The notes under the pieces were generated by a model. It was not told the origin of the DNA. It saw only the letters and a list, made by a program, of their open reading frames with translations, and ran no database searches. A stretch of 64,000 bases of DNA, from contig OZ024743.1 of the NCBI GenBank assembly GCA_964016885.1, forward strand, positions 307,396,001 through 307,460,000, written 5' to 3'. This DNA comes from Eledone cirrhosa (Eukaryota). This document shows positions 1 through 13,037 of the stretch, piece after piece (the stretch's first letter is position 1; every line of letters begins with the position of its first letter). A program made the position numbers and the translations under genes.

Positions 1-2225
1 TCCAGCGTCCGACAACGCTATCGGAAGGCATCGGTTTGCCTCTCCACGATCCAAGTTGCAAACCGATGGACTTGTCCCGGTTCAGCTTCGCTCCTGTGAA
101 ACTTTCGTATTCCTTCAGTAAGGTGCTGACTTCCTCGATTTGCGAGGCGCTCGACACCACTATTGTAACGTTGTCGGCGTAGGCCAACGCCGCTTTCCGC
201 AGTCCCGGTTCCAGAGGGATGCCCTGCAATAGCTCCAACTTCCGCAGTAGTGGCTCGAGAGTCAGTACGTACAGAAGGGAGGAGAGAGGGCATCCCTGTC
301 AAATGGATCGCGTAATATGGAACGGCTCCGAGAAGTAGCCGTTCACCTTGACCCTTGACCAGATGTTGCTGTTGTGCATTGCAGCAATCCAACCCTTGAA
401 CACGGGTCCGAAGCCTGCCGCCTCGAGCACCGCATCCAGGTAACGATGGTCAACCCTATCGAAAGCCTTAGACTGATCCAAGTTGATCAGGACCTCAAAG
501 CCGGGTTTAGACCCTACCCTCTCTATGATGTATCGCATGAGGTGGAGGTTGTCGTGTATGGACCTGGTCGGGATTGCGCATATCTGCGCTTCTCCCACCA
601 GGTTCTCGATGACAAGCGCCAGCCTCTTTGCCAACACCTTGGCCAAAATCTGTAACTCTGTGTTTAGCAGAGTTATGGGCCGGAAGTTGCCTATGTCATC
701 CCCCTTATTCTCGCCCTTCCTGACTAGTGTGACTACGCCCCCGGTTACAGAACTGGGAATTCTCCCGTTCTGTTGCCAGTTGCAATAGACCGCTTCCAGG
801 AGACCGGAGAATAAGTCCGGCATTGCTACATAATATTCGCAGGGTAGACCGTCGAGACCTGGAGATTTGCGTTTGCCGCATTGGCCCAACGCGTTTCCTA
901 TCTCAGCGGCCGAAATCGGCTTTTCGCAGAACTTTGCCTCGTTGTCCGAGAATCACGCTAGGCCGTCGAGGTATGGACCGAAATCCATAGCCCCTCCCGG
1001 CGCGCCGCCCCGCCTGAACAGCCGAGCAAAGTCCCGCTGAAAGGTCGCACACATCTGCTTCGGCTCACGTATCATGCATCCGTTTTGGTCCTTCAAAGAC
1101 CGAATCGTGGACTTGTTGCCACTTTTTGCCTCCGTCACTCGGGCCCAGCTAACAGCTTTGGCTCCCTCGCTTCCCAGAGCATGTATTTTGCTTCTGACAA
1201 TGCAGCCCTTGTGCTTTGCATCGAAGAACTGGTACAAGGTCTTTCTCGTTGCTGGCACGCTGGCTACGTTGCCACTTCTAATTGCCTCTTCTATTTTATC
1301 TACCAGTTCCTTCTCGGTTCTATTTCTATCTAACGCTAATTCTTTACTAAAAACTAACAAGTCTAATCTAACTGCCCTCTTGAGAGAGTACCACCATCTG
1401 TTGTTGACAATGGCCCCTGTCAAGTGCTGTTTAACTAAAGTGCTAATCCGTCTACTGTAGGCTTTGCTTGTCAGTAGCGACAAGTTCAGCTTCCAGTAGC
1501 CAGGTCCTTGTCTATGGGTTCTATCAAGGTTGGCCATGCAGGTCACTAGTTTGTGATCTGAATAGGCAACCATGAACATTTGTGGACAGCTTAACATGTC
1601 CCTATCCTTATTTCTAACTAGGTACGATCTAGATGTTCCGCTACGATTAGTCCATGTCCACAGTGGCACAGTCAGAAAATCTAGTCGATATCTATCGGCC
1701 AGGTCAAATCAGTCGATTAACTGTTTGAGGCTGTTACACCCCCCCCCCTTTATCGGGACATGCTCCCACATAGTCCCAACGTGCATCTAGGATTCCATTC
1801 CGGTCCCCCACTAAAAGCAAGGAGCGGGACGTTCCCAGAAAAGTCTCTAGACGTTTGAAGAAGTCTGGCCGCGGTGTCCCGGATGGGGTATATGCAGCCA
1901 CCAGCCTGAAGGCTCCACCTTCACTACCGTCAACGTCTAGGACCACCAGTCGACCCTCCGGGTCCAGATGTACCATCTGTGTTACGAGGCCCAGGTGTTT
2001 CCGCAGCAAAACGGCAACTCCGCCCCCACCCCCTGGTTGACAGAGAGATGCGTAGATCTCAAAATCATCGAAGATGGGGGCCAGCTGTCGCTCGCTGTGG
2101 ATCCTGGACTCGTAAATCGCTACCACATCCATACTGTGCGACCTGAGGTCGTTTAAGAGTTTGCCGTTTCCAGGGCATCACCAGGCCACGTACGTTCACA
2201 CATCCAACTCTTATATTGGCCATGT
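1..2225 (-). pseudogene. Tx1 ORF2 (APE endonuclease + reverse transcriptase), disrupted
   Basis: Fragments 1734-2132, 953-1669, 299-889 match the 649-aa ORF of copy 2; catalytic motif reads YADN at about 170-181. Confidence 0.9.
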
Positions 2226-2256
2226 TGGTGCTGAAAAGTTAAAAGAGGAAAAGAGA

Positions 2257-4073
2257 TCACTCACCCTTCGTCTCCTGGGGACCAGGCTGCACGATTTCCA
2301 TGGGGGTGTTGGAGGGGTTGTCTGGGTGGGTGGTGGTTTCCGGTGGGGTGGGGACGGTGATGTTTGGTGGGATGGGGTCTGGTGGGATGGGGGTGTCTGG
2401 GGTGGGGAGACATTTGAGAAGGACACGGTTAAGTGGTTTCACGCAGGAATTACCCACATCCTTTTCAAATGTTTCTTTTAGGGACCTATAAGTTTGTATA
2501 GGGACCCTAATCAGTTTTCGGTTCAGTTTTTTGTTATTTTTAATAGAGTGGGCGAAAGTTTTCCCTTCGGTTTTCACCGAAGGGTCGTTCGTGATGGTCT
2601 CCATTAGTGTTTTGTTTTCAGTGTTTATGTAAGTGTAAGTGTAATTTTCTTGTGTTGTGTTTGTTTTTGTCTGTAGTTCTTGTGTGCTTTCGTTTTGTTG
2701 TAGGTATTTTGTTTTCAGGAGGTGGGGGTTTTGTTTGTGATATTTTTGTTGTTTGTGTTGGTGGTTGTATGTTTGTGGTAGTGTTTGCTGGTTTTTTGCT
2801 TTTGTGATGTCTTTTCTTTCTTTTCGAGCGATGGGGTTCTCCCTCGTCTTCACTGGGTGATGGCGAGATAGCCTCATCTGTTGTATCGTCTGTGTAATTG
2901 GGGAGGGGTATGTCTTGGGGAGCTGTTGTGTCTGTATGTGATTTTGCAGTGGTTTTAGGTGGAGTGGGGTTGAGTGGGACTGTGTTTGTTGTGGTTATTT
3001 TTATGTGTTGGTGGTGGTGTTGTTGTGGTGGTGTTGGTGGTTGTGTTGTTTTGATGGGTGTCGGCAGAAGAGTCTTTTTTTGATTCATTAATTTAGGACA
3101 GGAAGCCCTCAGGTGACCCCTGCTAAAGCAATGGTAACATGAAGGTCGCCTACCCTCAACCGAAAAGTTTATGTAGGTGAGTCCGTCCAGGAGTACACGC
3201 TGTGGGATCATAGCTATTCGCTCTGGGCTCATTTGCACCAGAACTTCAATGCTAGTCCCATTGAATACATCTCTGGGGGACTTTCCTACTGACAGTATTC
3301 TGTCTTCATCAAAATTGATGAAGCCACACAGTATCCACCATATGTTCACCTTTGGTGTGACACTCGTGATTTTAATCTTCTGTGTCCTTTTCCCCATGTA
3401 TGTAGGGAAAAAGGTATACAGGTTGGATACAATTGGCGACACAGAGTAATTTTGGGCCGTCAATTGATCCTTCATGAGTACCGAAATACTCCCAAAATGT
3501 TTGCTTCTTTGAATGAATGCAATATCATTCATTGAATTTTTGAAAACCAGTTCAATTTCTTTCTGTGACAATTGGACTGGTTTTCGGGTAGAATTGGAAA
3601 CTGTCCTAAAAACTATCGTTTTGAGAGCAGTTTCCTTGCGAATTTCTATCGGAGAATTGATGCTGAAAGCACCATTTTTTTCGAAAGTGACATATCTCCT
3701 AGCATCCTTTAAAAGTTGTTCGGCATTTGTTATGTCGAGATATGTCAGTTCCTCCTTTTTTTTTAACTGTCTGTGCAAAGGAGATTTTTGGTTTCTTTGT
3801 GGAATTATCCGTGTTGGTGGTGGTGTTGTTGTTATTCTTGTTGTCACTGATGTTGATATTATTCGTATTTTCCTTGGTGTTCGTGTTCTTGTTGTCTTTG
3901 ATGCTGGTGTTATTGGTGTTGTCTTTATTTTTTTCTTTGTTGTTGTTGTCATTGTTGTTTTTATCATCATTATTGGTGTTGTTATTTTTGTTGTCATTGA
4001 ACTGTTTGGTGTCATTTGTGTTGTTTGGATATGAATTTGTTTTAACATTTTCATTTCGTCTTTCCATCTCCAT
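2257..4073 (-). pseudogene. Tx1 ORF1 (gag-like zinc knuckle, Asn- and Thr/Pro-rich), frameshifted
   Basis: Split over ORFs 3699-4073, 2618-4054 and 2257-2877; CX2CX4HX4C motif. Confidence 0.85.
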
Positions 4074-4616
4074 AGTATCTAGGGAAGAAGACGATGTTGA
4101 CTGCGAGCTCTGTAGTCTTACCGACTCTCCACCACCATTATATTATTATATTTTTTCAAAAATTCTATGGAGAAAAATTTTTCAAACGAATATTTCGCCC
4201 CTGTAAGGGCGAAAATGAGTTAACCCACCACCTAAAGGTCCAGACAGGGGGGGGGGGGGGGGTCAAGTTACACAATAGTATAAAATTTAACTGAAAAATC
4301 ACGTTTTTTTCTTACATAAAATAACGAAAACTTCTCCGCGAAGTTAAACACGTCTGATAGAGAGAGAGATAGATATATTTCTTTATTAGCCACAGGGGCA
4401 CAAAAGAAGGGGACAAATACAAAGGGGGAAGTTTACATACAATAAAAACGTGTAAAATGTTATCACAGATGGAATTTAAAAAGTTAGTCGATTTTCCCCA
4501 ATAGAGGGAGACAGTTTATATGGGTAACACATACCCCCGAAAAAAAATGTGCAACCCTCATCTCCAGGAGTACAAAGAGTTTGTACTCCCTTCCTCTCCT
4601 CCTCCTATTCCTCAAC

Positions 4617-7600
4617 CTACAGGCTGATATAGAGAGAAGGCCCATTCACTCGGGCCATTCTCGCCACTTTCACCCACCTTTCATAAAACTTGCTGGGGTA
4701 CAGCACCTCTCTCTCCATCCTGATTCTTCTTCCAAAGTGGTATTTGAAAAAAAGAATCAGTTGTTGGCCGGAGAGAAAGGTGTCTGACCTCAGCCCTTTC
4801 AACCTTGTCCACCATACAACCTCTTTCGCCATAGCTATCACACAAAGGAAAACCGCCTCTCCTTCGTTTTTGAAGGAGGGTGGCGGTTTGATCATGACAA
4901 TGGACTCGGTGGTCAACTGGACTGGTCCCACCCGCGACAGTAGTCGTTCTACATAGCCCCACAGGTCAGTGACGCCCGGGCAATGTATGAATGCGTGCAC
5001 GACGGTTTCTTCGTCTCGCACGCACCTCGGACAGATCTTTTTTGCAAGGTCCCTACCCGGGCGCCCATGTCTGTAGAGCTTGTCTCGAACTGGTAGAGCT
5101 CCTCGGTAGCACTGCCAGGCCAGGGACTTTTGGAAGTTGTCCATCAGTCCCGGGCGGAAGGTCCTACCGAACAGACTGGCCAGTTCATCTTCCTCTACGC
5201 CTAGAGTTTCACCGAGCGCGTCGTCGCACTTGCTGCGGACTAACCCTCTATAGAATGACGAAGTGGAGTCTCCACTGATCGCCGGGTCCGCCTGCCAGAG
5301 AGCTGTGAGCACATTGGATGTGCCAGTCGCCCATTTTCCTCAGTCTTTGCTTGACCCAGGACTGCAGCTCGGTTAGCGAGACGAGTCGTGGGAAGGCTCG
5401 CCTCACGAACGGGGCCCACACCGGTTGTCCGGTGAGGAATACGTAGAGATGCCGCAGCCTGAACGCGTGTTTGCGCATCGTCAACCACGGCATCCCCAGC
5501 CCTCCGTTAGAAGGGTGTTGGCAGCAGATGGATCTTCTCACCAAAGGAGCTCGCCTCTTCCAAAGGAATCGGAAGAGCGCGTGCTCCATTTTGGCTGGAC
5601 AAGGCACGACGGTCAAGCGGTAGTAGATGACGGACGCTATAAAAGTGTTCGCCACCTCCGCTCGACCTTTCAAGGATAGTTTGCACTCAGCCCAATTCTG
5701 GGTGAGTGCAAACACCTTGGCCGTCACTTCGTTCCAGTTCTTCTCCACCTGGAGGTCCGGACCAAACCAGACCCCGAGCAGCTTTACCGGTCCTTCCGTC
5801 CAGCGTCCGACGACGCCATCGGAAGGCATCGGTCTGCCTCTCCACGATCCGAGTTGCAAACCGATGGACTTGTCCCGGTTCAGCTTCGCTCCTGTGAGAC
5901 TTTCGTATTCCTTTAGTAAGGTGCCAACTTCCTCGATTTGCGAGGCGCTCGACACCATTATTGTTACGCCGCTTTCCGCAGTCCCGGTTCCAGAGGGATG
6001 CCCTGCAATAGCTCCAGCTTCCGCAGTAGTGGCTCGAGAGTCAGTACGTACAGAAGGGAGGAGAGAGGGCATCCCTGTCGAATGGATCGCGTAATATGGA
6101 ACGGCTCCGAGAGGTAGCCGTTCACCTTGACCCTTGAGCAGATGTTGCTGTTGTGCATTGCAGCGATCCAATCCCTGAACACGGGTCCGAAGCCTGCCGC
6201 CTCGAGCACCGCATCCAGGTAACGATGGTCAACCCTATCGAAAGCCTTAGACTGATCCAAGTTGATCAGGGCCCCACCGAAGCCGGGTTTACACCCAACC
6301 CTCTCTATGATGTATCGCATGAGGTGGAGGTTGTCGTGTATGGACCTGGTCGGGATTGCGCATGTCTGCGCTTCTCCCACCAGGTTCTCGACGACAAGCG
6401 CCAGCCTCTTTGCCAACACCTTGGCCAAAATCTGTAACTCTGTGTTTAGCAGAGTTATGGGCCGCAAGTTGCCTATGTCATCCCCCTTATTCTCGTCCTT
6501 CCTGATTAGTGTGACTACGCCCCCGGTTACAGAACTGGGAATTCTCCCGTTCTGTTGCCAGTTGCAGTAGACCGCTTCCAGGAGACCGGAGAATAAATCC
6601 GGCATTGCTACGTAAAATTCGTAGGGTAGACCGTCGACACCTGGAGATTTGCGTTTGCCGCATTGGCTCAGCGCGTCCCCTATCTCAGTGGCTGAAATCG
6701 GCTTTTCGCAGAACTTTGCCTCGCTGTCCGAGAGTCGCGGTAGACCGTCGAGGTATGGACCGAAATCCATAGCCTTTCCCGGCGCGCCGCTCCCCCCGAA
6801 CAGCCGAGCAAAGTGCCGCTGAAAAGCCGCACACATCTGCTTCGGCTCACGTATCACGCGTCCGTTTTGGTCCTTCAAAGACCGAATCGTGGACTTGTTG
6901 CCACTTTTTGCCTCCGTCACTCGGGCCCAGCTAACAGCTTTGGCTCCCTCGTTTCCCAGAGCACGTATTTTGCTTCTGACAACGCAGCCCTCGTGCTTTG
7001 CGTCGAAGAACTGGTCCAAGGCCGTTCTCGTTGCTGGCACGCTGCCACTTCTAATTGCCTCTTCTACTTTATCTACCAGTTCCTTCTCGGTTCTATTTCT
7101 ATCTAACGCTAATTCTTTACTAAAAACTATCGAGTTTAATCTAACTGCCCTCTTGAGAGAGTACCACCATCTGTTGTTGACAATGGCCCCTGTCAAGTGC
7201 TGTTTAACTAAAGTGCTAATCCGTCTACTGTAGGCTTTGCTTGTCGGTAATGACAAGTTCAGCTTCCAGTAGCCGGGTCCTTGTCTATGGGTTCTATCAA
7301 GGTTGGCCATGCAGGTCACTAGTTTGTGATCTGAATAGGCAACCATGAACATTTGAGGACAGCTTAACATGTCCCTATCCTTATTTCTAACTAGAACCCT
7401 ATCTAGGTACGATCTAGATGTTCCGCTACGATTACTCCACGTCCACAGTGGCGCAGTCGGAAAATCTAGTCGATATCTATCGGCCAGGTCAAATCGGTCT
7501 ATTAACTGTTTGAGGCTGTTACACCCCCCTTTATCGGGACATGCTCCCACATAGTCCCAACGTGCATCTAGGATTCCATTCCAGTCCCCCACTAAAAGCA

Positions 7601-8005
7601 AGGAGCGGGACGTTCCCAGAAAAGTCTCTAGACGTTTGAAGAAGTCTGGCCGCGGTGTCCCGGATGCGGCATATGCGGCCACCAGCCTGAAGGCTCCACC
7701 TTCACTACCGCCAACGTCTAGGACCACCAGTCGACCCTCCGGGTCCAGATGTACCGTCTGTGTTACGAGGCCCAGGTGTTTCCGCAGCAAAACGGCAACT
7801 CCGCCCCCACCCCCCGGTTGACAGAGAGATGCGTAGATCTCAAAATCATCGAAGATGGGGGCCAGCTGTCGCTCGCCGTGGATCCTGGACTCGCAAATGG
7901 CTACCACATCCATACTGTGCGACCTGAGGTCGTTTAAGAGTTTGCCCTGTTACCAGGGAATCCCCAGGCCGCGTACGTTCACACATCCAACTCTTATATT
8001 GGCCA
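4617..8005 (-). pseudogene. Tx1 ORF2: APE-RT-C-terminal zinc finger (CPRC...HAFIHC), frameshifted
   Basis: ORFs 5964-7913, 5248-6171 and 4617-5312; 19-bp deletion removes the YADD motif. Confidence 0.93.
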
Positions 8006-8057
8006 TGTTGGTGCTGAAAAGTTAAAAGAGGAAAAGAGATCACTCACCCTTCGCCTC

Positions 8058-9907
8058 CTAGGGACCAGGCCGCACGATTTCCATGGGGGTGTTGGAGGGG
8101 TTGTCTGGATGGGTGGTGGTTTCCGGCGGGGTGGGGTCTGGTGGGATGGGGGTGTCTGGGGTGGGGAGACATTTGAGAAGGACGCGGTTGAGTGGTTTCA
8201 CGCAGGAATTACCCACATCCTTCTCAAATGTTTCTTTTAGGGACCTATAAGTTTGTATAGGGACCCTAATCAGTTTTAGGTTCAGTTTTTTGCTATTCTT
8301 TATAGAGTGGGCGAAAGCTTTCCCTTCGGTGAAAACCGAAGGGTCGTTCGTGATGGTCTCCATTAGTGTTTTGTTTTCAGTGTTTATGTAAGTGTAAGTG
8401 TAATTTTCTTGTGTTGTGTTTGTTTTTGTCTGTAGTTCTTGTGTGTGCTTTCGTTTTGTTGTAGGTATTTTGTTTTCAGGAGGTGGGGGTTTTGTTTGTG
8501 ATATTTTTGTTGTTTGTGTTGGTGGTTGTATGTTTGTGGTAGTGTTTGCTGGTTTTTTGCTTTTGTGATGTCTTTTCTTTCTTTTCGAGCGATGGGGTTC
8601 TCCCTCGTCTTCACTGGGTGATGGCGAGATAGCCTCATCTGTTGTATCGTCTGTGTGATTGGGGAGGGGTATGTCTTGGGGAGCTGTTGTGTCTGTATGT
8701 GATTTTGCAGTGGTTTTAGGTGGAGTGGGGTTGGGTGGGACTGTGTTTGTTGTGGTTATTTTTGTGTGTTGGTGTTGTTGTTGTTGTGGTGGTGTTGGTG
8801 CTTGTGTTGTTTTGATGGGTGTCGGCAGAAGAGCCTTTTTTTGGTTCATTAGTTTAGGACAGGAAGCCCTCAGGTGACCCCTGCTAAAGCAATGGTAACA
8901 TGAAGGCCACCTACCCTCAACCGAAAAGTTTATGTAGGTGAGTCCGTCCAGGAGTACACGCTGTGGGATCATAGCTATTCGCTCTGGGCTCATTTGCACC
9001 AGAACTTCAATGCTAGTCCCATTGAATACATCTCTGGGGGACTTTCCTACTGACAGTATTCTGTCTTCATCAAAATTGATGAAGCCACACAGTATCCACC
9101 ATATGTTCACCTTTGGTGTGACACTTGTGATTCTGATCTTTTGTGTCCTTTTTCCCATGTATGTAGGGAAAAAGGTGTACAGGTTGGATACAATTGGCGA
9201 CACAGAGTAATTTTGGGCCGTCAATTGATCCTTCATGAGTACCGAAATACTCCCAAAAAGTTTGGGAGTATATCATTCATTGAATTTTTGAAAACCAGTT
9301 CAATTTCTTTCTGTGACAATTGGACTGGTTTTCGGGTAGAATTGGAAACTGTCCTAAAAACTATCGTTTTGAGAGCAGTTTCCTTGCAAATTTCTACCGG
9401 AGAATTGATGCTGAAAGCACCATTTTTATCGAAAGTGACATATCTCTTAGCGTCCTTTAAAAGTTGTTCAGCATTTGTTATGTCGAGATATGTCAATTGT
9501 TCTTTCTTTTGAACTTTCTCTGCAAAGGAGATTTTTGGTTTCTTTGTGGGATCCGTATTGGTGGTGTTGTTATTATTGTTGTTATTCTTGTTGTCACCGA
9601 TGTTGGTATCATCCGTATTTTCCTTGGTGTTGTTGTTGTCTTTGATGCTGGTGTTATTGGCGTTGTCTTTATTTTTTTCTTTGTTGTTGTTATCATTGTT
9701 GCTTTTATCATCATTATTGGTTTTGCTGTTATTTTTGTTGTCATTGAACTGTTTGGTGTCATTTGTGTTGTTTGGATATGAATTCGTTTTTTTATTTTCA
9801 TTTTGTCTTTCCATCTCTATAGTATCTAGTGAAGAAGACGTTGTTGACTGCGAGCTTTGTAGTCTTACCGCCTCTCCACCACCATTATCGTTGGACGCAG
9901 CGTTCAT
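8058..9907 (-). pseudogene. Tx1 ORF1 zinc-knuckle protein, one frameshift
   Basis: ORFs 9233-9907 and 8058-9236; short deletion near 9260 relative to copy 1. Confidence 0.88.
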
Positions 9908-10128
9908 AACGTAATCAAAATTTTACAATATTTTTTTCCAAGATACGATGGAGAAAAATTTTTTAAATGGATATTCCGCCCCTGTAGGGGGCGAAAATGA
10001 GTTGACCCACCACCTGAAGGTCCAGACGGGTGGTCAAGTTACACAATGATATAAAATTTAACTAAAAACTCACGTTTTTTTCTTACATAAATTAACGGAA
10101 ACTTCTCCGCGAAGTGACACGCGTCTGA

Positions 10129-10137
10129 TAGAGAGAG

Positions 10138-10186
<49 letters not shown>

Positions 10187-10260
10187 TATATACACATATA
10201 TTCATATATATAAATATATATACACATATACATACATATAAATACATACATTATATATAA
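10129..10260. repeat. (GA)n-(GATA)n-(TA)n microsatellite
   Basis: Direct reading. Confidence 0.95.
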
Positions 10261-10261
10261 T

Positions 10262-10390
10262 AATAATTGTTTCTACTTTAGGCACAAGGCCAGCAATTAC
10301 CCAGTGCATTACTGGGTAATTGCTGTACTTTATTTTATCGACCCCATAAGGATGAAAGGTAAAGTTTACCTCGGCGGGATTTGAACTCAT
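10262..10390 (-). mobile_element. SINE family B, 5'-truncated
   Basis: Matches the 3' two-thirds of 16268-16455. Confidence 0.85.
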
Positions 10391-10419
10391 ACTATTTATA
10401 GTATGTATATACTATACTA

Positions 10420-10518
10420 TATATAACTATAAACAGGAAAGTTCAGTAATTTATTACTACCTTATTACCAGTAAGAGAAATAGCTCAATGTAAGAACATC
10501 AGGTGTTTTACAGAGCTT
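10420..10518 (-). mobile_element. Naiad/Penelope 3'-terminal fragment
   Basis: Reverse complement matches 30715-30810 and 34515-34610. Confidence 0.75.
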
Positions 10519-11575
10519 CCTTGTACGACAACTACAAGAGAAGTACTTAGCTAAAAGTAAACCCCTCTACTTAGCTTTTGTAGACCTGGAGAAAGCTTTT
10601 GACAGAGTCCCCCGCTCCATTATCTGGTGGGCTCTCAGAAAACTAGGTGTAGATGAATAGCTTGTGAGAGCTATACAAGCTATGTATAATGAAACAGTCA
10701 GTAAGGTTAGAATTAACAATGAATATTGTGAAGAATTTAGTGTAAAAGTTGGGGTTCATCAAGGCTCTGTCCTTAGCCCCCTCTTATTTATTATTGCCCT
10801 TCAGGCTATAACAGAGGAGTTCAAGACCGGCTGCTCATGGGAACTCCTATACGCAGATGATCTAACGCTCATAGCTCAAAAGGCCTTAAAGTTAACTTGT
10901 CTAAGACTAAAGTTCTAGTTTGTAGAAAGGAAAATAGGGCACATTACGTGCAGAGGACCTGCGTAGACTGGAAAGGAACGAAGCATGCATGCTCCGTTGG
11001 ATGTGTAATAGTAATATACATGAACGGCAAAGCATAAATGAACTAAGTGAGAACTTAGGAATAAGAGGATCAGATGCTGTTTACTTGAGAGAAGACTACG
11101 TTGGTATGGTCACGTGATGCGCATGAAAGATGACAGCTGCATAAAAAAGTGTAGGGCGATCAAAATTGATGGAAGTTACGAAGTAGGTAGACTCAGAAAA
11201 ACCTGGGATGATCTGATAAATTTCAACCTCACACACTTACACCTCACCAAGACAATGTCTCTGGACCGAGATCTTTGGCGCTACGCAGTAATACAGAAGA
11301 TCCACCTTGCCTATGTACAAAGCGAAACCTAGTCAGTAGGCTCCTCTTGACCAAATATACACCCCAATCCACTACCGCTACCCTATCCTCCCACTCCCAC
11401 CAACAGCACAAGAAAATGAGATCGAGATCGTGTAGGTGTCACGACAAAAAAACACACAGTCCATGCTGTAATGTGGCCGTGTAGGTAACACGGTAAAAAG
11501 TTCCCAGTTCCACACTGTAAATGTGGTTGGTGTTAGGAACGGCATCCAGCCATAGAAAACCTGTCAGATAGTCCT
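10519..11575 (+). mobile_element. RTE/BovB-type LINE fragment (RT C-terminal half + 3'UTR), internally deleted
   Basis: [37 protein letters not shown]; 3'UTR similar to 61321-61600. Confidence 0.9.
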
Positions 11576-11579
11576 ATAT

Positions 11580-12400
11580 AATACAAGAGAATAGTCTAAT
11601 AATTAAAGAGGCATTGAGAAAGAAGTAAATATTCAAGCGTGTAGAGATTGCACATGCGTTAGTCGTATATATGAGAAGGAAACAAGCAAAGGTATTAGGT
11701 ATATATGAATACTGTATGGCAAGGTATTACATAAAATACAAGCACTTTAAGCGAATATGTTAGTGTATTACAGAGGATGTAATGCGATGATAGTTTCTGT
11801 AGAGTTCAAATTTGTATGTGTGGAGAATATGAAAGTTACTGATTTCCCATCCATTACATATGTTAAGTTATATTTTAGTTAATGTTTGTATTGAATGTTT
11901 TTAGTTAGTTATAGTAATGGATTGTAACTTGGTCTTATTGTATTCATATTCATGGATTAGAGTTGTTCTACAATGAGATTTTCCAACGGTTTAATATCAG
12001 GAAGTGGATATGAGATAAAAAATTAAGGGGGGCTAATGCGTAAGGGGGGGTTACTAGCTCATTAAACTATTAAAATTCTTTGCTCTAATAGACATTATAT
12101 AGTGTCACAATTGAATCCCTTTTACATAATGTTTATATTTAATTTTAAATACAGTCTACTCTCCCCTAATATATTAATTTTAATTTTAATTTTTAATTTG
12201 AATTATTGTACAATTCACATCAATATATATGTATCTATATGATTGTTCAGTTGAATAGGAGGTTAATTATATGTACACACATTGATAATGCTACGATGAC
12301 TCCAAACTAAAGCTTGGAAGAAACAATTGTCAGTGATTAAATGATTTGAACATAAATTTGATACTTGTGTAATTTATACATTATATATACATTATATATA
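11580..12400 (+). mobile_element. Penelope/Naiad 3' non-coding remnant with decayed hammerhead
   Basis: 12250-12380 resembles 30575-30706. Confidence 0.6.
12289..12335 (+). ncRNA. Decayed type I hammerhead ribozyme
   Basis: tgct-ACGATGA-ctccaaactaaagcttggaa-GAAAC-aatt-GTC-agtg; core positions 3-4 non-canonical. Confidence 0.55.
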
Positions 12401-12559
12401 TATACATATATATACATACATATAAATACATACATTATATATATATATACATACATATAAATACATACATTATATATATATATACATACATATAAATAAA
12501 TACATACATTATATATATATACATACATATAAATAAATAAATAAATGCATACATTATAT

Positions 12560-12963
12560 ACACACACTCATGCACGCAAACGCTCAAACGCATGCACGCA
12601 CGTACACAAGTTAATAGATTTAACTCTTACTGGAACGCTGCATGAACACACACACACACATGTTAATTAGTTATAGCTTTCCTTCCCCTCTTCCACTGTC
12701 ATGTATCAAACACAGCGTCTGTCGCTCTCTCTCCCGCTATCCCCCACTTTTAGTCTGTCTGTTTCTTTCACTCTCACTCTTTTTCATTTTTATACATATA
12801 GAGATTTTTACTGTACAAAGTCGTACCTATAGTCAGTTTTATCGATTTTTTACCTGGACAAAGGGGGAGTCGATCATTCGCAATGTTGTGCCGACCTGCC
12901 CTGTGGTTGATTACAAAAAAATTTTGAAAATCAGCCTTGCGGATCAAAAGTTGCTGCAGAACA

Positions 12964-13037
<74 letters not shown>

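Larger units (their letters stand above)
1..4358 (-). mobile_element. L1-Tx1 clade non-LTR retrotransposon, copy 1 (degenerate; 3' end runs off window)
   Basis: ORF1 with CCHC knuckle (CYHCFSRGHLRASC), APE endonuclease (DVVAIxE, LLVGD, SDH) and RT (KSPGLDG, FRPITLLN, LDQSKAFD, QGCPLS, YADN), broken by stops and frameshifts; closely similar to 4378-10128. Confidence 0.93.
4378..10128 (-). mobile_element. L1-Tx1 clade non-LTR retrotransposon, copy 2 (full length, degenerate)
   Basis: 5'UTR, ORF1, ORF2 and 3'UTR ending in AATAAA (4382-4387, minus strand); 5' end abuts (TCTA)n/(TC)n. Confidence 0.95.
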
